Shown piece by piece: positions 50,316 through 59,317 of a stretch of DNA of 64,000 nt. This DNA comes from Candidatus Saccharimonadota bacterium. GTDB taxonomy: Bacteria; Patescibacteriota; Saccharimonadia; Saccharimonadales; Saccharimonadaceae. The position numbers were made by a program, and so were the translations under genes. Every line of letters begins with the position of its first letter. Positions within the stretch are counted from its first letter, which is position 1. The notes below the pieces were generated by a model, which was given only the letters and a program-made list of their open reading frames with translations, searched no databases and was not told the DNA's origin. The DNA lies in the NCBI GenBank assembly GCA_017516075.1, contig JAFWDS010000021.1, forward strand, positions 17,151 through 81,150, written 5' to 3'.

Positions 50316-51753
50316 TTCTTACCTCTCCACCCATTATATCAGATATTTTTTCGAGCACAGCGTCCTTTTTTTCGCTACTAGGGTGCTCATCAGCCTCATG
50401 TATTGTAATTTTTACAAGCCCATCCGTTGCTTGCACTATGACTTTTTTATTGTTTTCTTTTGTTAGAATTGTCTTTATTATATTCCGCATCGGATAAATA
50501 TCTAGCGTATTATCGGTATAAGTGTATTTGCACTTTTTAATCTGTGAATAAACCACATCACTAAGATTCTGCACCCTCGTCAAAAACCCATCCCAGTCGA
50601 AATCGACAGATTGTGAAGGTTGATTGGACGGCAATCGCAAACTATTACTTTGGGGGCTTCCGGAGGTTACGACCGAGGATGAGGGCGCGAGCCCCGTAAC
50701 GACGGGCGCGAGCGACCCGTCCCCCAAAGTAATATGTTTGGATTGACGTCCTTCAGCCTTTCCCGGCGGTCCAGCGTATGAGGTGCTTAAAAATCCAAGT
50801 CGCGCATCCGAAGAAACAGGTTTAACCACGTTTTGAAGAGATAAAGCAACCAACAATTTCGCTTCTGGAAACGGCGCTTTTACATCGGGCAATTTAGCAA
50901 GTAATTTAATTAACGTCGGTTTCGGATTTTCAATGATTTTGGCAATGATTTCCTCTGCCAACGTCTCCGCCTTTACTCCAGACGACAACAAATCTTTCAA
51001 AAGCCCAGATATTTGCTGAGAATCGCCAGCCTCATAACAGGTCAGTAGTTTATTAATCTGTTCATCTTGCGGTAGCCCCAAAGCCTTCACGACCAGTTTT
51101 TCATCAATTAACTCGTCAGATAAGGTTGAAATTTGTTCCAAAAGCGATAGAGAGTCTCTAAATGATCCACCGCCTCGCCTCACAATTATAGAAAGAGCAT
51201 CATCCGAAATACTATAATTTTCTTTGCTGGCGACAGACTTCAGATAATCAAACATCGTTTTTGAATCAGCAAGCTTAAAAGTATAGGTCTGCGCTCTTGA
51301 AGTAATCGTTACTGGTACTTTATAAGCGTCAGTGGTCGCCATAATAAATATAGCGTGTTCGGGCGGCTCTTCTAGAGTCTTTAGAAGTGCATTGAAGGCT
51401 TCCTTAGTTAGCATATGAACTTCATCTATAATATATATTTTGTATTTTGCGTGCGTCGGCGCAATAGCGACCTTCTCGCGAAGATCCCTAATATTATCAA
51501 TCCCGCGATTACTCGCGCCATCGATTTCGATAATATCAACATATTCGTCTTCGACTTTATAATCAAAACCATTCACGGCGTGAGCAAAAATTCTCGCCAC
51601 GCTTGTTTTGCCGCAACCTCTCGGACCAATAAAAAGATATGCATGAGAAACCCGATTTTGTTCCAATGATTTAATCAAAGGCTCAGTCACTTGTGGCTGC
51701 GCAACAACATCCTCCAGCCTCGTCGGCCGATACTTTCTATATAAAGCCTTCAT
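50290..51753 (-). CDS. dnaX: DNA polymerase III subunit gamma/tau with composite in-frame palindromic insertion
   Basis: ALYRKYRP, GPRGCGKTS, EIDGASNRG, IIDEVHML, AFNALLKTLEEP, SRAQ, GSFRDSLS. Confidence 0.95.
   Translation of the reverse strand: MKALYRKYRPTRLEDVVAQPQVTEPLIKSLEQNRVSHAYLFIGPRGCGKTSVARIFAHAVNGFDYKVEDEYVDIIEIDGASNRGIDNIRDLREKVAIAPTHAKYKIYIIDEVHMLTKEAFNALLKTLEEPPEHAIFIMATTDAYKVPVTITSRAQTYTFKLADSKTMFDYLKSVASKENYSISDDALSIIVRRGGGSFRDSLSLLEQISTLSDELIDEKLVVKALGLPQDEQINKLLTCYEAGDSQQISGLLKDLLSSGVKAETLAEEIIAKIIENPKPTLIKLLAKLPDVKAPFPEAKLLVALSLQNVVKPVSSDARLGFLSTSYAGPPGKAEGRQSKHITLGDGSLAPVVTGLAPSSSVVTSGSPQSNSLRLPSNQPSQSVDFDWDGFLTRVQNLSDVVYSQIKKCKYTYTDNTLDIYPMRNIIKTILTKENNKKVIVQATDGLVKITIHEADEHPSSEKKDAVLEKISDIMGGEVRNDGGKSPF
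50625..50822. mobile_element. Composite intragenic element in dnaX: full family A hairpin (50625-50751) plus isolated family B arm (50771-50822)
   Basis: 14-bp IR tattactttggggg/cccccaaagtaata; ccagcgtatgaggtgcttaaaaatccaagtcgcgcatccgaagaaacagg matches family B right arm. Confidence 0.85.
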
Positions 51754-51760
51754 ATATTAA

Positions 51761-52282
51761 TTATAACATAGCTTCGACGGCAGCCCAGGTAGCTTCGTCG
51801 TTCTTGGCAGGGATGGTTACAGAAACCTGTGAACCTTCGTGCAAATGGAAATAAGTTACCGATGCGTACAAAATCTGGTATTCCTTACCAGCAACTTCTA
51901 CAAAGTATTTATCATCATGGTGAGTTAGAGTTCCGATCACGGTCTTTCGCTCTACTGGACCAATCTGCTTATAGAGGAATCTGCCATCTTCAGTGATAGT
52001 AAGTTTCATAATATCACCTTCGACAAGCTTTGATTTCGAAGCATAATTAGCCGGGACTGGATAATTTTTGCCATCTGGACCAATCATTATTTGACCATCG
52101 AAGATTCCTTCAATGACTTTACCTTCTGGGCTAGAAACTACCGTCTCGCGCGGAGCAGTAATAGTCTCTCCATCACCAAGGATAGAAATTAATAGTTCTT
52201 TCGCAGCCGATAAATTAGTCTCTGCTTCTCCAAGCAGACTGCGCAAGCGCTTTATTTGTTTTTCTGGTATTTCAGACATCAC
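51761..52282 (-). CDS. Conserved hypothetical protein (CPR-type)
   Basis: Coiled-coil N-terminus; KVIEGIFDGQIMIGPDGKNYPVPANYASKSKLVEGD motif. Confidence 0.75.
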   Translation of the reverse strand: MMSEIPEKQIKRLRSLLGEAETNLSAAKELLISILGDGETITAPRETVVSSPEGKVIEGIFDGQIMIGPDGKNYPVPANYASKSKLVEGDIMKLTITEDGRFLYKQIGPVERKTVIGTLTHHDDKYFVEVAGKEYQILYASVTYFHLHEGSQVSVTIPAKNDEATWAAVEAML

Positions 52283-52423
52283 CTCGCATTCCTGTCTAAA
52301 TATGGTATTATTATTATAATATACCTACTCCATAGTAAAGTCAAGTAGAATTATGCGTAGTTATCCACCTAAAAAACCTCGGTCGATTAAAAAATGTTGT
52401 AAATTTTACATAAAAACTAATGC

Positions 52424-53479
52424 TTATTCTCCTGGCTTCCAAAGCCCAGTATGCTTCTTGCCATCGATAATCATAGTTGGAATACCTTTAACCCTCAGTT
52501 GCTTTTCGACTATTTCGCGGTTCTCATTCATCTTGTCAGCAGTCTCTGGATAGTTAGCGATCTCTCGTATCTTTTCAACGCCATTTTTATCGACTCCAGC
52601 CTCTTTAAGCCACGATTCAATTTTGTTAATTGCTTCTTCGCGTGAATAATCGTCATTAAACTTTTGTTGGTACGAAAGTCCCTCGCTGTTTTTACCAGTA
52701 TAGATTTTATCTATGATATACAGTGACAAATCTGATTTGTACTGTTCTGAAGCAAACATATATCGTACCACAATCTCTGAATTTTTGAATTTGTAGTTGT
52801 CATCGGCATCTTGAATCGCAAATGGTACCAACCTCACATTATGCGTGTCAAAGAAGCCAGTGTCTTTTTGGTTACGATACGAAATCATACAAACAGAGCA
52901 ACCTGGATCGAAAATATCTACCACGACAGGTAAACCAGCAACTTCACCGTTATTAATACTAATATAAGCAAAATCGTAATCATCGGCGTTATAGGTTTTG
53001 AATTTGTCTGGAATTGCCTCAAAGATTTCACCCCACTCCGTAAACCATCTACCAGTAGCCTCAAAAACATTGGAAGGTTCGGATTCGTCTATCGAGCAGA
53101 CCTCAGCGCCTAGAGAACACGCCGAAGGTTTAGTCACGTTACAAGACCCCAGTGCCCAGAGTGCTAGCAATGATTTAATGGCAGTCAAAATCGCCCAAAC
53201 CGCTACTACTACGATTACAATCGAAAAAACCTCAATTATTATCGACAAAGGCTTCACCCACTTTGGATGTTTAATTATCACCTTCGAAAGTAAGCTATTT
53301 TTCACATCATCTTTAAAGCCGGTCTCGCATTTCTGCAAACGCACCTTTTTCCAAAGGCATCCCCATGCCTTTTTCATAGCTTTAAGATAAGCCTTACCAA
53401 CCTTTGGTTTAAATATCGAAATCAGCGCCACAAACACGCCAATAAGAGCAAGAATAATAAAAGCAGCTATGCACACCAT
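52424..53479 (-). CDS. Membrane protein with C-terminal thioredoxin/DsbA-like domain
   Basis: Two TM segments; FDPGCSVC (CxxC) and GIPT cis-Pro loop. Confidence 0.65.
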   Translation of the reverse strand: MVCIAAFIILALIGVFVALISIFKPKVGKAYLKAMKKAWGCLWKKVRLQKCETGFKDDVKNSLLSKVIIKHPKWVKPLSIIIEVFSIVIVVVAVWAILTAIKSLLALWALGSCNVTKPSACSLGAEVCSIDESEPSNVFEATGRWFTEWGEIFEAIPDKFKTYNADDYDFAYISINNGEVAGLPVVVDIFDPGCSVCMISYRNQKDTGFFDTHNVRLVPFAIQDADDNYKFKNSEIVVRYMFASEQYKSDLSLYIIDKIYTGKNSEGLSYQQKFNDDYSREEAINKIESWLKEAGVDKNGVEKIREIANYPETADKMNENREIVEKQLRVKGIPTMIIDGKKHTGLWKPGE

Positions 53480-53486
53480 AATACAA

Positions 53487-54650
53487 CTATTGTATCACTT
53501 TTTTCATGATAGTTTTAACTTTTTCGATATCTTCAGGACGATTATGCAGTCCAAGCGAAAAACGAACCAGAGGCGGTAATCCTAGAACATGGTCGAGATA
53601 ATAATGGACGCAAAAATACCCAGTTCGCGCCATAATATTCTCGCGAGACAAAGCCGAACCGAGAAGATGCGAATCTAATCCATCCACATAAAAAGACATC
53701 GTTGGATTGGCTTTAGTATTCACCATATGAACCTTGTCTGAGTCATCTAAAAACTCAAACAATTCCGTATAGTTTGCCTCCAGGTTCTTCCAAGCAGACT
53801 TCGGTAAACCATTTATCCAATCGATAGCTTTGCCTAGCGCCACAATCTCGCCCCATGCCTGCAAGCCAGATTCAAATCTAGTGTAGCGATGTTCCTTCCC
53901 TTCTGCCGACAAAACAAATGAATCTTTTTCAACATCGTCCACCATGCCGCCCCCGAGAAAGCCATTAACGAGATATTTCATTAAATCATCGCGCCACACA
54001 ATCACGCCGAGCGATGCTGAATACATCTTGTGTGCCGAAAAACAAATCGCATCAGCCTCAATTCCCTGTACAATATCAAGGGAGTGTGCCATTGTTTGTG
54101 CGCCATCGATAATAATGATTCCGCCGGCCTTATGCACGGCCTTTACTACGTCTTTAATATTAAGTAATTTCCTACCATCGATATTTGATGCACAATTTAA
54201 TACCACAACAGCTTTAGAAAAATCACATTCTTTTACATCAATGGAACCATCCTCATTTCTTTCTATTACTTCGCGTGGTAGCCCCGTTCGCTCAGAAAAT
54301 GCCATCGTTGCGAGAAACGGCGAATTATGTTCAATTTCGCTCGTAATCACTTTTTTAAAATGACTTGGCTCAATTTGCGATAAAATCAGATTTATACCAT
54401 AAGTCGTATTGAGTGTAAAAGATACTGTATACTTACGCCCAGAAAGTTTCAGGAGTTTCAATACCTTTTCCCTAGTCGCTTCGACTTTTTCATCTGTCTC
54501 TACGCCCCATTTATATTTCACGCGTTCACCGCAAGAATTATGTTTGTAATAATAGTTATCGAGCGCATCAACCACGCACTTTGGGCGAAGGGACTGGCAT
54601 GCTGAGTCAAGATAAACCTCTCCCGTTCCTAAATAGTCAAAATCTTTCAT
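53487..54650 (-). CDS. Aminotransferase class V / SufS-CsdA-type cysteine desulfurase
   Basis: YLDSACQSLRP, EIEHNS, IDGAQ, SAHKMY, GGGM, RFESG, RTGYFCVH. Confidence 0.8.
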   Translation of the reverse strand: MKDFDYLGTGEVYLDSACQSLRPKCVVDALDNYYYKHNSCGERVKYKWGVETDEKVEATREKVLKLLKLSGRKYTVSFTLNTTYGINLILSQIEPSHFKKVITSEIEHNSPFLATMAFSERTGLPREVIERNEDGSIDVKECDFSKAVVVLNCASNIDGRKLLNIKDVVKAVHKAGGIIIIDGAQTMAHSLDIVQGIEADAICFSAHKMYSASLGVIVWRDDLMKYLVNGFLGGGMVDDVEKDSFVLSAEGKEHRYTRFESGLQAWGEIVALGKAIDWINGLPKSAWKNLEANYTELFEFLDDSDKVHMVNTKANPTMSFYVDGLDSHLLGSALSRENIMARTGYFCVHYYLDHVLGLPPLVRFSLGLHNRPEDIEKVKTIMKKVIQ

Positions 54651-54705
54651 AATATATATTATAGCTGTAATTGCAAAATAAATCAAAGTGTGATATAATA
54701 GAAGA

Positions 54706-54780
54706 TAGTTACCAAAGACAGTGGCGGGAGAAATCCTTAATCATGCCACCGAGGCAAATTCTTGTATTGTTTGGTGACGC
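54706..54780 (+). promoter_or_regulatory. Ribosomal protein L10 leader (autoregulatory RNA)
   Basis: gttaccaaAGACAGtggc...TTAA...gccaCCGAGG...tttggtgac directly upstream of rplJ. Confidence 0.75.
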
Positions 54781-54835
54781 TATTTAACAATTAGCTAGCT
54801 CATCGACTAATATTAAAATAACCAAAGGACTTTTT

Positions 54836-55357
54836 ATGGCAATTTCAAAGGATAAAAAGAACACATTGGTTGCTGATTTAACGGAACTCTTAGAGAACGC
54901 CAAGTCTACCGTCTATGCCAAATATCAAGGCTTGACCGTAGCTGAGCTTCAAGAGCTTCGTAAAAATGCTCGCGAAGCGGGTGTGAAGATCAAAGTCGTC
55001 AAAAACCGTTTAGTGCGAGTTGCGATGAATCAAATTGCAGTCTACAAAGACACTGATACTACTGGGCTCACTGGCCAGTTACTTTACGCCATCTCTGATG
55101 ACGATGAGGTCGCTCCAGCCAAAGTCCTAGCCGAGTTTGCCAAGAAGCATAACGCCCTAGACCTCATTGGCGGGTTCAGTGATCTTGGTATTAGCTTGTC
55201 TCAGGACGAAGTCAAGTCTCTAGCTGCAATGCCAAGCAAGAACGAGCTGATCGCTCAGGTCGTCGCACAACTTCTCTCTCCAGTTACCGACTCGATTTCC
55301 GGCCTTTCTGGCGGGTTATCCGGTATCGTATCTGGGCTTGAAGCTCACGCAAATTAG
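54836..55357 (+). CDS. rplJ: 50S ribosomal protein L10
   Basis: YQGLTVAELQELRK, KVVKNRL, AAMPSKNELIAQV. Confidence 0.95.
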   Translation: MAISKDKKNTLVADLTELLENAKSTVYAKYQGLTVAELQELRKNAREAGVKIKVVKNRLVRVAMNQIAVYKDTDTTGLTGQLLYAISDDDEVAPAKVLAEFAKKHNALDLIGGFSDLGISLSQDEVKSLAAMPSKNELIAQVVAQLLSPVTDSISGLSGGLSGIVSGLEAHAN

Positions 55358-55380
55358 TAACCAAATAACCATTTAAAAAT

Positions 55381-55493
55381 GAGGTGGAAATTTTTCGACT
55401 CGGGGGATTCCGGAGGCTGCTGCCGAGGGTTAGCGCCCGAGCCCCGTGAAGACGGGCGCGAGGGACGCGACCCCGAGTGAAAAATTTCACCTC
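55381..55493. mobile_element. Intergenic family A element between rplJ and rplL
   Basis: Arms gaggtg(g)aaatttttc(g)actcgggg / ccccgagtgaaaaatttcacctc; core with cccgt-gaag-acggg. Confidence 0.85.
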
Positions 55494-55511
55494 CTATATA
55501 AAGGAGAAATT

Positions 55512-55895
55512 ATGGCAACTGATATTAAAAAATTAGCTGAGGAACTAGTCAAGTTGACTGTTCTCGAAGTAAACGAACTCAAAAACGTCCTCAAGGACGA
55601 ATATGGCATTGAGCCTGCCGCTGCAGCTGTTGCTGTTGCTGCTGGTCCAGCCGCCGGTGCAGAAGCTGCTGCTGACGAAGGCAAATCTGAATATGACGTC
55701 GTCTTGAAAGACGCCGGTTCTCAGAAGATTGCTGTAATCAAAGCAGTTAAGGAAGCTACCGGACTAGGTCTTGGCGAAGCCAAGGCTATCGTTGATGGTG
55801 CTCCTGCCACCGTCAAAGAGAAAGTCGCCAAAGCTGATGCTGAAGCAATGAAGAAGGCTCTCGAAGAAGCCGGCGCAACTGTCGAACTCGCTTAA
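55512..55895 (+). CDS. rplL: 50S ribosomal protein L7/L12
   Basis: [11 protein letters not shown]...[32 protein letters not shown]; AAGGAG SD; start ATG 55512. Confidence 0.97.
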   Translation: MATDIKKLAEELVKLTVLEVNELKNVLKDEYGIEPAAAAVAVAAGPAAGAEAAADEGKSEYDVVLKDAGSQKIAVIKAVKEATGLGLGEAKAIVDGAPATVKEKVAKADAEAMKKALEEAGATVELA

Positions 55896-55917
55896 ACAAC
55901 CGCTAGCTAATTGTATC

Positions 55918-55945
55918 AAAAACCACCTCGAAAGAGGTGGTTTTT
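55918..55945. terminator. Bidirectional intrinsic terminator
   Basis: aaaaaccacctc-gaaa-gaggtggttttt. Confidence 0.85.
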
Positions 55946-55948
55946 GTT

Positions 55949-56512
55949 TTATGATACATGTTTTGTCGTCAAGAACTGGACTCCGGCGCCAATCGCCGCA
56001 ATACCGATTAAAACTGGCCAATAGTATGTCTCGAAGCTGAGAGATGTGACAAAAGCAAAAATAGCAAGTGTCAAAGCATATGAACCCGCCACAGCAGTTG
56101 CAATAATGATCGCTGGTTTCATTAGCGCTACTGCGGCACCGGCCATTACGATACCAATAACCGCACCAATCGCAAGCGTCGACATTTCCGTACCAAAGTA
56201 TTGAATTGTTGTCATCATCACAAGCACGAAGCATATCCCACCAACGCATAGTTTTTCAATCGTAAACCCTAGCATCGCGAGAAGAACTCCGCCCGCAATT
56301 GGAAGCAAGAATTGATATATATCATTATTTGCGATATCTGGCACAAGATTATTGATAGTCGGCATAAAATAGGTCATTAAAGTAAACCCCAGCAAAAACC
56401 AAATGATAAAAAACGCAATTTTCTTAATACGATACCCGAAAAAAAGTATCGCCAGCCCAATCGCGATAAATATTAATAGTTCATATAATTCTAAGCTTTT
56501 TATCATTTCCAT
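55949..56512 (-). CDS. Integral membrane protein (DUF4203/TMEM198-like)
   Basis: ~6 TM helices, FFGYR motif, ATAVAGSY. Confidence 0.65.
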   Translation of the reverse strand: MEMIKSLELYELLIFIAIGLAILFFGYRIKKIAFFIIWFLLGFTLMTYFMPTINNLVPDIANNDIYQFLLPIAGGVLLAMLGFTIEKLCVGGICFVLVMMTTIQYFGTEMSTLAIGAVIGIVMAGAAVALMKPAIIIATAVAGSYALTLAIFAFVTSLSFETYYWPVLIGIAAIGAGVQFLTTKHVS

Positions 56513-56535
56513 AAGCATATTATAACACGTTTATC

Positions 56536-56688
56536 AAATAATATAATTTTGGGACGATAAAATACGCGCCATATAAAAATCACAACAGATCAGGCGGACT
56601 CGCCCTGATATTTCAGTATCAGATTCTCGTCCGTGACTGTTGTAATTTTTATTGGGCGATTTTATATGTCCCAAGAATTATATTATTT
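56536..56688. repeat. Intergenic palindromic element, family C, downstream of rplA
   Basis: ~150-bp imperfect hairpin; core is the reverse complement of 19573-19652 with few mismatches. Confidence 0.85.
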
Positions 56689-56693
56689 GATGC

Positions 56694-57632
56694 TTAGTTA
56701 TAAATATTCTCAAGTTGAATCGAAGGACCCATCGTAGTCGTAATGAAAACAGACTTTACATAAGTACCTTTTAGCGAAGCCGGTTTCTGAGCTTTCAATG
56801 AATTAAAGAAGGCCTCAGCATTTTGTACTAGTTTATCGGCACCAAAGGAAACTTTACCAACACCAATATGTACAATAGCTTGCTTGTCAACGCGGTATTC
56901 AACTTTACCCGCCTTGGCTTCTTTGACGGCTTTCTCGACATCCATGGTGACGGTACCAGCCTTTGGATTTGGCATTAAACCTTTAGGACCAAGCAGTCTC
57001 GCAAACTTACCAAGTTTCGGCATGTATTGTGGAGTAGAAATCAGGATGTCGAAATTAATCGTCCCCTTTTCGAGCTGTTTCAAAAATTCTTCATCTTCAG
57101 CAATGTCGGCGCCAGCGGTTTTAGCATTCTTGCAAACGTCGAGCGGAGCAAACACTGCTACGCGTACAGTCTTACCATTGCCATTAGGAAGAACCAAGGT
57201 GGTACGAATATTTTGATCAGCTTGGCGTGGATCGACACCAAGTCTCGCATGAATTTCAACGCTGGCATCAAATTTGGCAGGATTTGACTTGATAGCTAGC
57301 TCGATAGCTTCTTTCAAACTATAAGTCTTTGTCTTGTCAATGAGTTTAGCAGATTCCTGGTATTTCTTGCCACGACGTTCGATTTTAGGACGAGTCACTG
57401 GTGCTGCACCTTTTGGCTTCTCAACAGCTTCAGCGGCTTTGCGCTCGAGTTTGCGTGCTTGGCGTTCCTCCTCGGCTTTTACTTCTTCAATGTGTTTCTT
57501 CGATTTTTTTCCAGATTTTGCAAATGTCTCTGGCTCTGTGTTTTCGGTAGTTTCGACCACTTCAGCCTGTTCAGCTTTGTCGTCAACTACTTCAATAGCT
57601 TCATTAGTATTTTTGACCTCTTCTTCGGCCAT
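56694..57632 (-). CDS. rplA: 50S ribosomal protein L1 with long charged N-terminal extension
   Basis: KFDASVEIHARLGVDPRQADQ, LGKFARLLGPKGLMPNPK.GTVT, TTTMGP; start reassigned to ATG 57632. Confidence 0.95.
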   Translation of the reverse strand: MAEEEVKNTNEAIEVVDDKAEQAEVVETTENTEPETFAKSGKKSKKHIEEVKAEEERQARKLERKAAEAVEKPKGAAPVTRPKIERRGKKYQESAKLIDKTKTYSLKEAIELAIKSNPAKFDASVEIHARLGVDPRQADQNIRTTLVLPNGNGKTVRVAVFAPLDVCKNAKTAGADIAEDEEFLKQLEKGTINFDILISTPQYMPKLGKFARLLGPKGLMPNPKAGTVTMDVEKAVKEAKAGKVEYRVDKQAIVHIGVGKVSFGADKLVQNAEAFFNSLKAQKPASLKGTYVKSVFITTTMGPSIQLENIYN

Positions 57633-57644
57633 AATTGTCCTTTC

Positions 57645-57672
57645 TTGGTACAAACGGCTATCTGCCTCCCAA
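57645..57672 (-). promoter_or_regulatory. Putative L1-binding autoregulatory site upstream of rplA
   Basis: - strand TTGG-GAG-GC agata GC-CGTTTGT-ACCAA resembles the GGGAG-hairpin-ACC L1 operator. Confidence 0.5.
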
Positions 57673-57720
57673 ATATTAATTAACACTATTATTATAACAA
57701 TATTTTGAATAAAAAGCAAG

Positions 57721-57745
57721 GAAAAGGGCTCGCCGCTGCGAGCCC
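57721..57745 (-). terminator. Intrinsic terminator of 57758 ORF
   Basis: - strand gggctcgc-agcg-gcgagccc-tttt. Confidence 0.7.
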
Positions 57746-57757
57746 AGGGGTCAGATC

Positions 57758-58168
57758 TTAGTCCGTAATAACTTTTATCTCGTAAAGATAAGTTGACGGA
57801 CGCTCCTGATCTGCAATGTCCTGCTCGTGAAACCTGACTCTCCGTCGCAAAATGTTGAAACCACTGCATTCTGCTACAACTTCAGTCTCGATTTCATAAA
57901 TGAGATTTTTCAGCTCAGTCGGAGTCATGTCTTCGATGTATTCGACAACATCTTCCCGACTCGCTTTTTCGAGCAGTTCGATACCTACCGGGTAGTCACG
58001 AAGAATTGGACCATCCTTCTTGTTGCGAAGGATATAGCCACGCCTCTTCTTCTTTTCGATTAACGCCGAATACCTCGAGCGTAAACTCTGGTAATCCGTA
58101 TGATACGTTTCCCAGTAACCGAGCAACTTGTTCGTTGCTTGCCCGTAATCAAATTGATTCTTCACCAT
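57758..58168 (-). CDS. Orphan hypothetical protein between rplK and rplA
   Basis: Open ORF with own TGCTATAAT promoter and terminator. Confidence 0.65.
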   Translation of the reverse strand: MVKNQFDYGQATNKLLGYWETYHTDYQSLRSRYSALIEKKKRRGYILRNKKDGPILRDYPVGIELLEKASREDVVEYIEDMTPTELKNLIYEIETEVVAECSGFNILRRRVRFHEQDIADQERPSTYLYEIKVITD

Positions 58169-58231
58169 ACTAAATAACCCCCTTTTCAGTATGTAAATAC
58201 AGGTATCCATATAATTATAGCACACTTAAAC

Positions 58232-58261
58232 AAAAAAGTCAAGCCGCTTAAGCTTGACTTT
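58232..58261 (-). terminator. Intrinsic terminator after rplK
   Basis: - strand aaagtcaagc-ttaagcg-gcttgacttt-ttt. Confidence 0.75.
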
Positions 58262-58277
58262 CTCGCATTAAAACAGA

Positions 58278-58706
58278 TTAATCGGTGACTTCTACGCCCA
58301 TCGAACGAGCGGTCCCAGCCACAATCTTGATTGCACCTTCTAGATCGATAGCATTAAGCTGGTCCATTTTTTTCTTAGCAATTTCCTCGAGCTGTGCGTG
58401 TGAAATCTTACCTACCTTGTCAGTGTTTGGTTTTCCAGAACCTTTGTCAATCTTAATAGCTTCACGAATCAAATCATCCACTGGCTGTCCGAGACAAGTC
58501 CAATCAAAAGTCCTATCTTCAAACACCCGAATATGAACAATTACGTTCTTACCCATTAAATCTTTGGTTTTTTCATTAAAAGGATTAATGAAATCCATCA
58601 TATTAAGACCCCACTGACCGAGCGTCGAACCAACTGGAGGTCCAGCAGTCGCCCTTCCGGCTGGGATACGAAGTTTCAAATTCCCAATTACTTTCTTTTC
58701 TGCCAT
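58278..58706 (-). CDS. rplK: 50S ribosomal protein L11
   Basis: AGRATAGPPVGSTLGQWG, GSGKPN, GTARSMGV. Confidence 0.97.
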   Translation of the reverse strand: MAEKKVIGNLKLRIPAGRATAGPPVGSTLGQWGLNMMDFINPFNEKTKDLMGKNVIVHIRVFEDRTFDWTCLGQPVDDLIREAIKIDKGSGKPNTDKVGKISHAQLEEIAKKKMDQLNAIDLEGAIKIVAGTARSMGVEVTD

Positions 58707-58767
58707 AAAATACCTTTCTAGTGCGTAACCACATAATTATAACAAATAATGAATAAAAAAGCAATTG

Positions 58768-59316
58768 TTAATTGAGTTGTTTAACTTGTAAAGCGTCGAG
58801 CTCGACAGGTGTTTCACGCCCAAACATCGAGACCATCACCTTGAGTTTACCCTTAGCGGCGTCAATCTCAGAAATCGAACCATCAAAACCTTTGAACGGA
58901 CCATCAGTGATCGAAACAACTTCGCCGACCTCGTATTTAACAGAAAACTTTGGATCCTCGACACCCATGCGCTTTTTAATCTTAGCGATTTCCTTTTCAG
59001 AAACCGGCGTTGGCTGAGTACCTGTGCCAATAAATCCGGTTACGCCAGGAGTATTACGAATAATATACCAAGTCTCATCGGATAGTTTCATATCTACTAG
59101 TACATAACCTTGCAAAATCTTGCGATCGACGATTTTGCGCTTGCCATTCTTAATCTCAATCTGTTTTTCCTTTGGAACGATAGCCTCAAAAATCTTATCC
59201 GCCATCTCTACGGTATCAGTACGTTGATTGATTGAATCCGCAACCTTATCTTCATAGCCGCTATAAGTCGAAATTGCGTACCATGCTCTTCTATCATCAT
59301 ATCTATTTACTGCCAT
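58768..59316 (-). CDS. nusG: Transcription termination/antitermination factor NusG
   Basis: WYAISTYSGYEDKV, GYVLV.M, RNTPGVTGF, DGPFKGF.G, FGRETPVEL. Confidence 0.97.
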   Translation of the reverse strand: MAVNRYDDRRAWYAISTYSGYEDKVADSINQRTDTVEMADKIFEAIVPKEKQIEIKNGKRKIVDRKILQGYVLVDMKLSDETWYIIRNTPGVTGFIGTGTQPTPVSEKEIAKIKKRMGVEDPKFSVKYEVGEVVSITDGPFKGFDGSISEIDAAKGKLKVMVSMFGRETPVELDALQVKQLN

Positions 59317-59317
59317 T

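Noticed and set aside
52371-52379. DnaA-box-like TTATCCACC as part of oriC
   Set aside because: A single mismatched box with no cluster and no dnaA nearby.
55446-55511. N-terminal extension of L7/L12
   Set aside because: It derives from the intergenic palindrome; the strong SD AAGGAG precedes ATG 55512.
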